Below the pieces are notes generated by a model that searched no databases, had not been told where the DNA came from, and saw only the letters and a program-made list of their open reading frames with translations. Below are positions 28,171 through 37,803 of a DNA stretch of 64,000 nucleotides, in pieces. The stretch is from contig OY970172.1 of the NCBI GenBank assembly GCA_963707655.1, positions 739,665 through 803,664 of the forward strand, in the 5' to 3' direction. The position numbers were made by a program, and so were the translations under genes. The DNA is from an uncultured bacterium (GTDB lineage Bacteria; Babelota; Babeliae; Babelales; Vermiphilaceae). Positions within the stretch are counted from its first letter, which is position 1. Each line of letters starts with the position of its first letter.

Positions 28171-28808
28171 ACAATGTCACAAAACGGATAATAACCGGAT
28201 TATTACTTTTTTTGTTACTTATCATATTTCTTTTCTACCTGCCCCCATTTTATTTTTCAGCTGCATTGCTGCTTATGTTGGCAGAAGTTGTACTTGTTGA
28301 ATGGCCAACGCTGGCCAGGACCAGCACATGGTTGTGGCTTGTTACCCCCGCGTATCTCTTTGTCCCTTTTGGCTGTTTGATTTCTCTTAATTATTATTCG
28401 CCATGGCTCTTGTTTTTACTCTTCACCTTTGTTGCGCTGTTTGACACTGCTGCCTATGTGGCAGGAAAAATTGCCGGCAGACATAAAATCGCTCCGCGCA
28501 TCAGCCCGGGAAAAACGTGGGAAGGTTTTTGTGGCGGCTTTTTGGCACTCCTGTTCGCCATGCTTTTATTGAGTCATAAAGAAAATAATACGTTTATTGC
28601 TTCTTTTATGCTGGCTCTTATTATTGCGTGCCTGGCGCTGATGGGTGATTTGGCAGAATCATGGCTCAAAAGAAGGGCGAACATCAAAGATTCCGGCTCA
28701 TTATTACCCGGCCACGGTGGCCTGCTTGACAGAATTGACGGATTGCTGCCGGTAAGTATTTTCTTTTATATTGTAAAAAGCTCTATGCTCACGCTATTCG
28801 GCCAATAG
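28167..28808 (+). CDS. cdsA: phosphatidate cytidylyltransferase
   Basis: CdsA signature SWLKRRANIKDSGSLLPGHGGLLDRIDGLL, multiple TM helices, and a 4-bp overlap with yraN. Confidence 0.9.
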   Translation: MNNVTKRIITGLLLFLLLIIFLFYLPPFYFSAALLLMLAEVVLVEWPTLARTSTWLWLVTPAYLFVPFGCLISLNYYSPWLLFLLFTFVALFDTAAYVAGKIAGRHKIAPRISPGKTWEGFCGGFLALLFAMLLLSHKENNTFIASFMLALIIACLALMGDLAESWLKRRANIKDSGSLLPGHGGLLDRIDGLLPVSIFFYIVKSSMLTLFGQ

Positions 28809-28891
28809 ATAGGGATTGATACTATCTTTTCTGCAACGCATTTCAGTATACTTTAATTATAGAGTCAGTATTGAAGTGACGAAGAAAGAGG

Positions 28892-29686
28892 ATGGCAAGC
28901 ATGAAAGCAGTTTATATCTTCATTATCAGCATTTCTTTCACACTCAATGCAATGGACTCTTCCAGTAGTGACAGCACCGAAGATATGAGCCATCCAACAA
29001 TTGTACTTGACGTAGATCTTATTAGTGATGAAATGCCAACAGAAGATACCTATTCCTCGGGTCTTTCCGGCGCGCGAAAGATGTGTCGAAGTTTTAGTCT
29101 GCCAATATTGACAAAACTGGGCTGGAAAAAGAAACAAATAATAACCACGGGACAAGAATTGGCAAAAACAATACACGGCGCAACCAGCGTTACCAAGCAA
29201 ACATTTGAAAATCTCGGGTTCGAGTTCAATGAGGAGCAAATCAAGCTCCTGACCTCATTGGGTGTTAAACCCCGGCCAAAAGAAGAAGGAATACAACTTG
29301 CTCAAACCCTGCATAAAAAAGGGTTTTCTCTCATTCTTGCGACACATCACGATCTTCATCATTATCGAGAGTATATTAAGCATATGGAATCGGAGCACAA
29401 GATAGTAATTCCCGATATCTTTAAAGGAGCGGTGGTAATTAAGGGTCCTTATAAAAACGACTATGATACGAGCAATATCCCCTATTTTATTTCGCATAAA
29501 GCCCGTCCATCGGCAGAATATAGCAAGGGAATTCATTATTTGAATAATAATGCACCCGCTATCTTGTTTGATACTGATAAAAGCGCGGCAGACAAGCATG
29601 ATGAATCCAGCAACATTACTGCTCATCATGTATCAACTGCTGCTCAGGTAGAAGAAATCTTGCGTATGCTAGGATATCTGCAATAA
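28892..29686 (+). CDS. secreted hypothetical protein, weakly HAD-like
   Basis: Signal-like AVYIFIISISFTLNA. Possible HAD motifs VLDVDLI (DxD), LILATHHD and ILFDTDK. The assignment is weak. Confidence 0.4.
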   Translation: MASMKAVYIFIISISFTLNAMDSSSSDSTEDMSHPTIVLDVDLISDEMPTEDTYSSGLSGARKMCRSFSLPILTKLGWKKKQIITTGQELAKTIHGATSVTKQTFENLGFEFNEEQIKLLTSLGVKPRPKEEGIQLAQTLHKKGFSLILATHHDLHHYREYIKHMESEHKIVIPDIFKGAVVIKGPYKNDYDTSNIPYFISHKARPSAEYSKGIHYLNNNAPAILFDTDKSAADKHDESSNITAHHVSTAAQVEEILRMLGYLQ

Positions 29687-29688
29687 CT

Positions 29689-30939
29689 CTATTTCTTCAA
29701 ATAATCAACCAACGCGGCCTGCGCCACTGTTTCTTCCGTTCCGGTAACCATATTTTTTACCGTGATTATTTTGTTCTCTTGCTCCTGCGCACCAATAATT
29801 AATGCATGCGCCGCACCAAGCTTATTTGCCTTGCGCATCATGCTTTTCATTGATCCTTCAAGCAAAACTTCTGCCCCAATATCATGCGCGCGCAACTCAT
29901 CTGCAATTAAAAGCGCCAATGGTTGTTGCTCTTTTTCTACGGGAATTATTGCCTGTACCGCTTTTTGTTGCGGTAACTTGAGTGTATCTTTCATCTGCTC
30001 AAGCAGCAGCATTAATCGCTCAACCCCTATGGCCGCGCCAACAGCATGTTGATCAGTTTTGCCGCCCAGCATGGCAACCAAATGATCATAGCGACCACCA
30101 GCGCAAAAGGCATTTTGCGCTCCTAAATTGGCACTCACAAATTCAAATACTGTTTTGCTGTAATAATCGAGACCACGCACCAGCGTTGGTTGATGCGCAT
30201 ACGAGATAGAGAGCAGATCTAGCTGCTCTTTTACTTGCTCCCATTCCAGTGAACAAGCGCTACACAAATGATCGGTAATTTTTGGTGCTTTGGTAAAGAG
30301 CAGTTGGCACTGTTGATTTTTGCAATCAAAAACACGCATTACATTTTTTTCAAGACGCTCTTTGCACTGAGGGCACAGCTCTTCAAAGTGATTATTTTTT
30401 AAGAAGTTGTATAAAAGGTCGCGATATGCTTTTCTATCTTCTGCGCAGCCCAAAAAGTTTATAAGCAGCGCGTATGAAGTGATCGCCAATCGCTCATGAA
30501 ACAGACGATCAAGCATAGCGATCAGCTCAACATCATGCAAAATAGAAGGTGCACCAATAATTTCAAAGCTCATTTGATTAAATTGGCGATAACGCCCTTT
30601 TTGCGGACGCTCATAGCGAAACATGGGACCCCAGGTGAAGACGCGCCAGGGGAGTTGATCGATACCATTTTCAATAAAGGCGCGCGCAATGGGTGCGGTA
30701 GCCTCGGGGCGCAAACAGATGCTTTCTTCTTCATCATGAGTTTTAATATAAAACATCTCTTTGTTTACCACATCGGTCTCAATGCCCAAAGAGCGTTTAA
30801 AGAGATCGGCCTGCTCGAGCAGCGGCAGCATGATTTCTTTGAATTGATAGAGTGCGGCCTGCTTTGAAGCATGGGTGATGATAAAATTGAATAAAGTAAG
30901 GTCTAAAAAATCTTGGGTGCCTTTAACACGGGTAATCAT
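29689..30939 (-). CDS. hisS: histidine--tRNA ligase
   Basis: GTQDFL, class II motif 2 MFRYERPQKGRYRQFNQ, and GGRYD, with a C-terminal anticodon-binding domain. Confidence 0.95.
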   Translation of the reverse strand: MITRVKGTQDFLDLTLFNFIITHASKQAALYQFKEIMLPLLEQADLFKRSLGIETDVVNKEMFYIKTHDEEESICLRPEATAPIARAFIENGIDQLPWRVFTWGPMFRYERPQKGRYRQFNQMSFEIIGAPSILHDVELIAMLDRLFHERLAITSYALLINFLGCAEDRKAYRDLLYNFLKNNHFEELCPQCKERLEKNVMRVFDCKNQQCQLLFTKAPKITDHLCSACSLEWEQVKEQLDLLSISYAHQPTLVRGLDYYSKTVFEFVSANLGAQNAFCAGGRYDHLVAMLGGKTDQHAVGAAIGVERLMLLLEQMKDTLKLPQQKAVQAIIPVEKEQQPLALLIADELRAHDIGAEVLLEGSMKSMMRKANKLGAAHALIIGAQEQENKIITVKNMVTGTEETVAQAALVDYLKK

Positions 30940-31098
30940 AGTAAAATTCCTATCGGAATCAAATCATGTTTTTATTATTTTTCATAGCTTATCATACTAC
31001 AAATTTTTTTTGTTTAAAAAATTGATTTGTGCGAAAACAAAATGGTATGTATGGAATTAGTGTTCCATTTTCATCTTATTTAATACGGGAGTTGTATA

Positions 31099-32664
31099 AT
31101 GAATAAACGCATTGCATTGATGCTGCTGGTAGCAGCCAGTTCTGCATCGCATAAAATGCTGGCGATGAGTCAGTGTTTTAACCCTGAAGGAAATCTTGAG
31201 GTAAAAGCCTTAAGCAAATCATTTTTCTCGGTGCGCCCTCCTTTTCAATTAAACTCTCCTGAATTTTTAGCAGGCTGGTGGTATGACCGCCTTGATGCAA
31301 AAGGCAAAGAATGCCGCAACGGCACGCTGCAGCTTGTTGGCCTTGGTGGAAAATCAACCGATGCCTACAACTTGGCTCGCTATTTTACCTTTAATAACAG
31401 TTCAGTGCTGCACATTGTGGAACAATCGGGCATCCCTGCCACTGATATTTTATCTGAACAAGTGGATATTTACAGCGTAGACGGCACTTTTGAAAGCTTT
31501 CTTGCTTTAAAGCCCCGCTATAGTTTTGGCGGATTGGGCATTTCTTACCGTCAAGAATTTGCGCAACGCAGTGATGGCCGCGCCTTCTGGTTCTTGGCAT
31601 CCGCACCAATAATCAATATTAAAACCGGCATGCATTTAGAAGAAACCATTATTAATGATGGTGGCGGTGTAAATCCGGCGGTTCCCGGCGCCGTGCCAAA
31701 TGCGGTAGAAGCGTTTTCACAAACAGCTTTTGATTTTGGCAAAATTTTGTGCGAAAACAAAACCAAAACCGGGTTGGGTGACCTTACCTTGCTCCTTGGT
31801 TACAAAACAATAGCTCATGAAGATTATAGCATGAATGGCTACATTGGTATGATCGCGCCAACGGGCAGCCGTGTAAAATCAAAAGAGATGTTTGAAGCGG
31901 TAGTTGGTAACAATCACCACTTTGGCGCCTTGCTTGGCAGCTCTGCCAGTGTTTCTCTCTGGGAATGTGAAAATGGCTCCTGCCTTGATTTTGAATTTAG
32001 CGCTCACGGTCAATTTCTCTTTAAAAGACATGAAGTGCGTTCTTTTGATTTGAAAAACAAACCATGGAGCCGCTACATGCAAATGTACGCGAACGTAGCC
32101 GCTGCAGAAGCAGCTTTTGCTGCCGACGATCTTTATTCAAATACAACACCGGGGATCAACATTCTAACCCAACCGGTACAAGTGTATCCCGGTTTTTCAA
32201 GCACCAGCAATACGGCAGTGGTCTTTACCTCATGCGATGGCAACAAACAATTTGAATTGGGCTACAACTTTTACGCCCGCCAATCAGAGTATGTTGAGCT
32301 TGCCTGCCCGTGGCAAGTGGGTCCGGCGCTTAAATCATTACTTGGTTTAGGTGGCGCAACCGACAGCGTGCAACAAATAGGCAATAACTATGGCGGCAAC
32401 AACGTAGTTAATCCCGATGGTGCTCCTGCCGTGTTCTCAGTTGCTGACTATAACAGCACGCAAATACAGGTAACCGATCTTGATCTGCTTTCTGCTACCC
32501 ATCCGGCAATCATCAGCAATACGGTGTATGCAAATGTAACCTACCGTTGCGATGCACATGAATATCCACGATTCATCGCCTTGGGTGGCTCTTATGAATT
32601 TGAAGAGGACAACACTACGTTGAACCGTTGGACCATATGGTTAAAAGGTGGCATTTCATTTTAA
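31099..32664 (+). CDS. outer-membrane porin-like protein, Legionella-MOMP-like family (paralog 1)
   Basis: Signal peptide. GLGDLTLLLGY...MIAPTGSRVKSKEMFEAVVGNNHHFGALLG. C-terminal WTIWLKGGISF. Clearly homologous to 35935-37773. Confidence 0.6.
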   Translation: MNKRIALMLLVAASSASHKMLAMSQCFNPEGNLEVKALSKSFFSVRPPFQLNSPEFLAGWWYDRLDAKGKECRNGTLQLVGLGGKSTDAYNLARYFTFNNSSVLHIVEQSGIPATDILSEQVDIYSVDGTFESFLALKPRYSFGGLGISYRQEFAQRSDGRAFWFLASAPIINIKTGMHLEETIINDGGGVNPAVPGAVPNAVEAFSQTAFDFGKILCENKTKTGLGDLTLLLGYKTIAHEDYSMNGYIGMIAPTGSRVKSKEMFEAVVGNNHHFGALLGSSASVSLWECENGSCLDFEFSAHGQFLFKRHEVRSFDLKNKPWSRYMQMYANVAAAEAAFAADDLYSNTTPGINILTQPVQVYPGFSSTSNTAVVFTSCDGNKQFELGYNFYARQSEYVELACPWQVGPALKSLLGLGGATDSVQQIGNNYGGNNVVNPDGAPAVFSVADYNSTQIQVTDLDLLSATHPAIISNTVYANVTYRCDAHEYPRFIALGGSYEFEEDNTTLNRWTIWLKGGISF

Positions 32665-32690
32665 AATTTAATCAATAAAAAGGATATCTT

Positions 32691-34349
32691 ATGAATATCA
32701 AACAAAGCATACTACTCATCATGCTTTTTGCTGTCGCCGGCACTATGGCAATGGCCGCCAAGTACCCAAACACGAGTGTTGGCACGAACAAAGCTAATGC
32801 CGATGCAATGGCACTCTTAAAACAAGACATTTTTGGCGATACAGAGCTTACGGGTGTGACAAACATTATCAATCTCTTAAAAAGCAGAAAACAAAATTTA
32901 ATTGCTGCCAATCTAGAAAAAGCGCTTTATCGGAAAATTGCCGCTGGCAAGGAGCGTGATATCGAGACCTTGAAAGAAGGGATTAGAGCTAGAGCAGGAC
33001 AATTGGCCGGTCGAGAAGAAGAATACGCAGAGTTGGAAAACAAATATCGCGAAAAATTAGCACAAGCAGAAGAGTCTGCAGCAAGAGCTAATGATCTTAT
33101 GCAAGAGCGTGATAGCCTGCAACGTGAACTCGCAGACGCAACGAGCAAAGGGGACACAGCTGCAATCGACAAGCTCAAACAGGACAATCTTGATCTTCAG
33201 GTCCAAATAACAAGGGCCGCAACAGAGCAAGCTCAGGCTAAGCAAGCATTAGAGCTGGCTAAAGCAACAGCCGCAGAGGTAGAGCGAAAATTTAACGAAG
33301 AAAGACAAAGAGCTCTTGATGCCTTCACGGAACAGATTAATGATATTGTGAATCATTCAAAGCAATTGGCATCGGATATTGGAAAATTATTAGGTGATGA
33401 TGCAACACGCGCTGCAACACTGCCTATTTTATTATCTTCAACTAAAGAATCGCTTGACGTAGTTGCCCTTCGTGCTCAAGATGACAAGAAACTGCAAACA
33501 GCTTTACTCAACGAAGCCAACAACCACCAAAGTAGTGTTAAAGATTATGCTCGTTGGATAATTATTAATGCGGCTCAAGGTGGGCATAAGTGGGCAGAAG
33601 ACGCGTTAGTTAAGAATACGCACCTGGTAAAAAATGGTACAATTGAAGTACCAGCGCTCCATGAGTGGAGCCGTGATGCAATTGTACTTATGTCACCACA
33701 GTATGATTGGGCATTTAAAAAAGTAGTCGCATTGCTCGATCATAACGACAATGAACCTGCGCTACAAACGTTTGCCAAAGTGCAAGCTGACAAAGGCAAT
33801 GCGAACTTTGCAAAATATTTAGTGGAAAAAGCTGTTTATGCCGCATGGAACTATGATTCTAAGCTCGGCACAGACTACGGCACATGGGTTCTGTGTATTC
33901 TCAAGAATAGCTCAGCAGCAGGGAGAGCTTGGGCTAGAGACGCAATTAAGGCAATGGCCAGCGAGCAATTAGAAATGTTTAATGACCTTCATTACAAATT
34001 TACCAGTGAGAAGATAAGAGGAGCGATACGCAACAAAAACAGCGAAAAAACTTACATAGATCAAGCACGCGCATGGGCTGTCAACCCAAACTACAAATGC
34101 TCATACACGCCGAATAATGCTTACGCAGGAAAAAAACTTCCTGCGCAACCAAAAACGGGACGTTACAAAGTGCCTAAGCGGCCTGACTATATCCCTGAAG
34201 ATACTTCTAAGCCTGTCGCGTCGCCTAGCGAGCCTGCTGAAGAGTCTGAAATGCCAGAGCCAGTAGCAGAGCCTGTTGCATCGCCTAGCGAGCCTGCTGA
34301 AGAGTCTGAAACGCCAGAGCCAATTGGAGGAAATCCTTTTTCTGATTAG
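32691..34349 (+). CDS. secreted coiled-coil protein with acidic Pro/Glu repeat tail
   Basis: Signal peptide ILLIMLFAVAGTMAMA and a long heptad-rich region. The C-terminus carries the duplicated motif VASPSEPAEESE[MT]PEP. Confidence 0.6.
   Translation: MNIKQSILLIMLFAVAGTMAMAAKYPNTSVGTNKANADAMALLKQDIFGDTELTGVTNIINLLKSRKQNLIAANLEKALYRKIAAGKERDIETLKEGIRARAGQLAGREEEYAELENKYREKLAQAEESAARANDLMQERDSLQRELADATSKGDTAAIDKLKQDNLDLQVQITRAATEQAQAKQALELAKATAAEVERKFNEERQRALDAFTEQINDIVNHSKQLASDIGKLLGDDATRAATLPILLSSTKESLDVVALRAQDDKKLQTALLNEANNHQSSVKDYARWIIINAAQGGHKWAEDALVKNTHLVKNGTIEVPALHEWSRDAIVLMSPQYDWAFKKVVALLDHNDNEPALQTFAKVQADKGNANFAKYLVEKAVYAAWNYDSKLGTDYGTWVLCILKNSSAAGRAWARDAIKAMASEQLEMFNDLHYKFTSEKIRGAIRNKNSEKTYIDQARAWAVNPNYKCSYTPNNAYAGKKLPAQPKTGRYKVPKRPDYIPEDTSKPVASPSEPAEESEMPEPVAEPVASPSEPAEESETPEPIGGNPFSD
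34211..34321 (+). repeat. 60-bp in-frame tandem duplication (1.85 copies)
   Basis: 34221-34259 is nearly identical to 34281-34319 (TCGCCTAGCGAGCCTGCTGAAGAGTCTGAAA[T/C]GCCAGAGC), at an exact 60-nt period. Confidence 0.85.
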
Positions 34350-34378
34350 CATCATCTAGACTTATTTGCAAAATAATG

Positions 34379-34418
34379 ATTCCCTCTTTGTGTTACGCAC
34401 AGAGAGGGAATTTCTTTT
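34379..34418 (+). terminator. Rho-independent terminator of 32691-34349
   Basis: ATTCCCTCT (34379-34387) pairs with AGAGGGAAT (34403-34411), followed by TTCTTTT. Confidence 0.65.
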
Positions 34419-34431
34419 AGGGGCTTCATCA

Positions 34432-35154
34432 ATGATATACCATGAACCGAGAATAAAAATTTATTTTGGCGAAAAGGAAGATCAGCTGTATCAAGATGAA
34501 TATCGTAAACTTACAGATACTCATCAATTGCTTGAGCATGCTTCTTTCGCTCGCCTCAAGCCGCTTATGGGATTAGAAAATCTTATCTTTTTGCGTCAGA
34601 CTCACTCCATCCATGGCCTTACAGTAGGCAACAATGCAAAATCATTTTCCTCTTTTTTGCATGAAGGTGATTTTTTAATCACACAAGAGCGCGGCATAGG
34701 CATAGGAGTTATGACTGCCGATTGCGCACCGCTGTTGCTCTATGATATGAAAAACCATGCTATTGGCGCGGTTCATGCGGGCTGGCGGGGAACGGTAAAT
34801 CAGATTCTTGCTCACGCACTGCAGGCTATGCACACGGCGTTTAAAACCGATCCTGAGCATCTGCGCGTGTATTGTGGACCAATGGCACGCTCATGTTGTT
34901 ATGAAGTTACTCCCGATTTTTTATCTCATCTGCACCATTTTTCTTTTGCAGATCAGCTCATACAAAAGCGTGGCGAAAAACTTTTTTTCGATTCTCTTTT
35001 GTGCAACCGCCTGCAGTTGCAAGCTTTGGGCGTTGCGTCTGAAAATATTAGCCTGCGCTACGCACACTGCACGATTGAAAATGATTCTTTCTTTTCTCAT
35101 CGTCGCTCTCCTGCCGACTCAGGCAGACAAATGAGCGTCATTGCATTGCAATGA
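34432..35154 (+). CDS. pgeF: peptidoglycan editing factor / laccase-domain protein (YfiH/PgeF family)
   Basis: LRQTHS, GVMTADCAPLLLYD and GAVHAGWRGT. The track's TTG start at 34366 lies inside the upstream terminator, so I prefer the ATG at 34432. Confidence 0.8.
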   Translation: MIYHEPRIKIYFGEKEDQLYQDEYRKLTDTHQLLEHASFARLKPLMGLENLIFLRQTHSIHGLTVGNNAKSFSSFLHEGDFLITQERGIGIGVMTADCAPLLLYDMKNHAIGAVHAGWRGTVNQILAHALQAMHTAFKTDPEHLRVYCGPMARSCCYEVTPDFLSHLHHFSFADQLIQKRGEKLFFDSLLCNRLQLQALGVASENISLRYAHCTIENDSFFSHRRSPADSGRQMSVIALQ

Positions 35155-35165
35155 ATCAAGATTAC

Positions 35166-35840
35166 TCAGGTGTTGAGCAGTTCATTTTTTATAAAAAGAG
35201 CATTGCCAAAAAACCATGATGGTTGATCAGTAAAGTCTTGAGCGACCAATGCAAAACCTTGTGATTCGATCCACGTTTTCAGTTCATGGTACAGGGGTTG
35301 CTCTTTATACGCATGAATAAAATGCACTTCGGTATAAATTGCCTTTACTGTTTTTAAAATATGTTGAGCCCCCTGCAGTATAGCCAATTCATGCCCCTGC
35401 GCATCGAGCCAGAGAAAATCAACGGCAGAAACAGTATAGCGTTTTGCCCAGTCATCAAGAGTCGTGGTGGGCACTGTGATAGTTGTTGGATACACCGCAT
35501 CTGAATGCAGCAATCTTTCATGCGGTTCATGCAGTGAGCCGGCCTGGAACGGTTTATCTGGCCGTGAGGGCTTTTGAGAGACATGAAAAAGTGCCATGCC
35601 GGTTTTGTTGCTCAACCCCATGTTATAACGATGAATATGCGGATACGATGCAGTGTTTTGCTCGAGAAGCGCAAAAATTTCTGGCACCGGTTCAAAGGCA
35701 TGTATGGTAGCATTTGGCCAAAAAGCAGCCAATTTTTTTGTATCTGAACCATTGAATGTGCCGGCTTCTACAATGCATGGCGACGACGGCAAATATGGTT
35801 TTAACAGAGGAAAAAGTTCATGTTTTTTAATCAGAGTCAT
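35166..35840 (-). CDS. FkbM-family SAM-dependent methyltransferase
   Basis: IVEAGTFNGSDT...IHAFEPVPEIFALLEQN...FLWLDAQGHEL, typical of the FkbM domain. Confidence 0.75.
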   Translation of the reverse strand: MTLIKKHELFPLLKPYLPSSPCIVEAGTFNGSDTKKLAAFWPNATIHAFEPVPEIFALLEQNTASYPHIHRYNMGLSNKTGMALFHVSQKPSRPDKPFQAGSLHEPHERLLHSDAVYPTTITVPTTTLDDWAKRYTVSAVDFLWLDAQGHELAILQGAQHILKTVKAIYTEVHFIHAYKEQPLYHELKTWIESQGFALVAQDFTDQPSWFFGNALFIKNELLNT

Positions 35841-35934
35841 GGCTATATTTTTTTACGCGGTAGTTGTCATCCGTTGAGCGCGGATGTATTATCTAAAAAT
35901 CAGTCTTGATGATAGTATAGCAAAAAAAGGAATA

Positions 35935-37773
35935 ATGGTGATGCGCATTTTTCGTGATATTATTTTTTTCATATTTTTTCTGCATTCTTTTGCTTATGCG
36001 GAGCAAAACTCAACTCCTTTCTTTAATGCCCGATCTCAAAATGAAGATTCTACTCGCTGGCTGGTTGGTTGGACCCATCAAGTTAACCGTCCATGCGCAC
36101 AACAAAAATATTACACGCTTGCCATAACGCCAGCTTATAGCCAAACCTTTAAGTCTCTTGATTTGGCCCAATCTCTTTTTGGCAGTGACTTGATTGAGCC
36201 AGGTTTTGATACCCCATATATTACCATTTCCGGCAGCGCGGTTAATGGCCGATACGCGGTAAATCAATGGCTGGCCGATTATTTTGGCCTACCGCCCGAT
36301 TTTCAAAGTAATGTATTTTTTAAGCCGAGTATAAAAAACTCTATGCTCGATTTTAATCTGTATGTCGGCTTTTCTGACTGGGCAGAGGGTGCGTATATTA
36401 ATATTTTTGGTCCCTTGGTGTATACACGCTGGGATCTGGGCATGTCTGAAATAATAATTAGTCCCGGCAGCCTCGGTTATGCACCCGGATATTTTAATGA
36501 AACGGGCGTGCCACGCGCAAACCTGCTTAATAGTTTTACACAGTTCATTGCTGAAGAAAAAGCACCGGTTATAGATGATGTCACCACCTTTATGCCATTG
36601 CGCTCTTCTAAAATGGCCAATCGCGCACTTCACAAAATAGGATTTGCTGATTTACAAGTAGTTGCCGGCTACAACTTTATTCAAGATGAAGATTATCATA
36701 TCGGCGGCAATCTGCGCCTGGTAATTCCGACCGGTACGCGCCCTAAAGGTAAATTTTTATTTGAACCGATCGTTGGCAATGGTCATTTTTTTGAAGCGGG
36801 ACTTGGTTTTTCTACTCATGGTATTATTTGGGCCGATGTTGATCGCACACAAGAAATTGCCTTTTATCTTGAGGTATGGGTGACTCATCTTTTTTCCACG
36901 CTGCAACGGCGGGCATTTGATCTCAAGCTTGGGGATAACAGCCGCTACATGCTCGCGCTTGGTATGACCGATCTTATCAGTGGTGGATTGTCAGACGAAT
37001 CGGGGAAAGCTCCAAACTTTCAATATGATGAAGCGTTTAATCCCGTTGCCAATTTAACTACTATGCCCGCATGGGTCTCTGTTCCGTGGCAAGCGGATAT
37101 TACGCTGCTTTTTAATTTTACTCATCACAATCTTGAAGCTGATTGTGGTTTTAACTACTGGGTGCGTCAACCGGAACAGATAAAAACAATTAAATATGGC
37201 TGTGCCAATCCGGTTACCGTGCAATCATGGGCGTTAAAAGGAGATGCACAAATGTTTGGCTTTACTACCGGCACTCATGACCCCGTTGCGCTTTCTGCCA
37301 CTGAAAGCAATGCGACCATTCACGAAGGAGGAAATGTACTTATGAGCAATAGCAGCACCGCGGGCCAGGTTAATAATAATCTTGGCATCGATAATCCTGT
37401 GCCCGCTTATGCAGCCGGCATTGAATTATTAAATAGTAACTTTGATGCACCAATTAATACTTCTTTCCAGCCGGTATTGCTTGCCAACAAAAGCATTGCC
37501 CATTGCCGCTCAAGCACACAGGGGCTTTCGTATGCGGCCTTTATAAATCTTAACTATGTTTGGAACAATGAAAGCTGTTGGTACACCCCATATTTGGGTG
37601 GCGGTTGCAAAATTGAAATAGCTCCTGATGGGCCAAATAACACATGCCCAAGCGTCTGCACGGCAAATTCCATACCAAATTCTCTATGCGGTTTTTGTGA
37701 TGAAGACATTCGCCTTCAAGTGAATGCCTCGCAATGGACAGTGTGGCTTAAAGGTGGCGTTCGCTTTAATTAA
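35935..37773 (+). CDS. outer-membrane porin-like protein, Legionella-MOMP-like family (paralog 2)
   Basis: Signal peptide MRIFRDIIFFIFFLHSFAYA. GFADLQVVAGY...LVIPTGTRPKGKFLFEPIVGNGHFFEAGLG. C-terminal WTVWLKGGVRFN. The start could be 35935 or 35941; the track start at 35884 is less likely. Confidence 0.6.
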   Translation: MVMRIFRDIIFFIFFLHSFAYAEQNSTPFFNARSQNEDSTRWLVGWTHQVNRPCAQQKYYTLAITPAYSQTFKSLDLAQSLFGSDLIEPGFDTPYITISGSAVNGRYAVNQWLADYFGLPPDFQSNVFFKPSIKNSMLDFNLYVGFSDWAEGAYINIFGPLVYTRWDLGMSEIIISPGSLGYAPGYFNETGVPRANLLNSFTQFIAEEKAPVIDDVTTFMPLRSSKMANRALHKIGFADLQVVAGYNFIQDEDYHIGGNLRLVIPTGTRPKGKFLFEPIVGNGHFFEAGLGFSTHGIIWADVDRTQEIAFYLEVWVTHLFSTLQRRAFDLKLGDNSRYMLALGMTDLISGGLSDESGKAPNFQYDEAFNPVANLTTMPAWVSVPWQADITLLFNFTHHNLEADCGFNYWVRQPEQIKTIKYGCANPVTVQSWALKGDAQMFGFTTGTHDPVALSATESNATIHEGGNVLMSNSSTAGQVNNNLGIDNPVPAYAAGIELLNSNFDAPINTSFQPVLLANKSIAHCRSSTQGLSYAAFINLNYVWNNESCWYTPYLGGGCKIEIAPDGPNNTCPSVCTANSIPNSLCGFCDEDIRLQVNASQWTVWLKGGVRFN

Positions 37774-37803
37774 ATTTTTTTAAAAAAAGGTAGGGGTAGT
37801 ACT

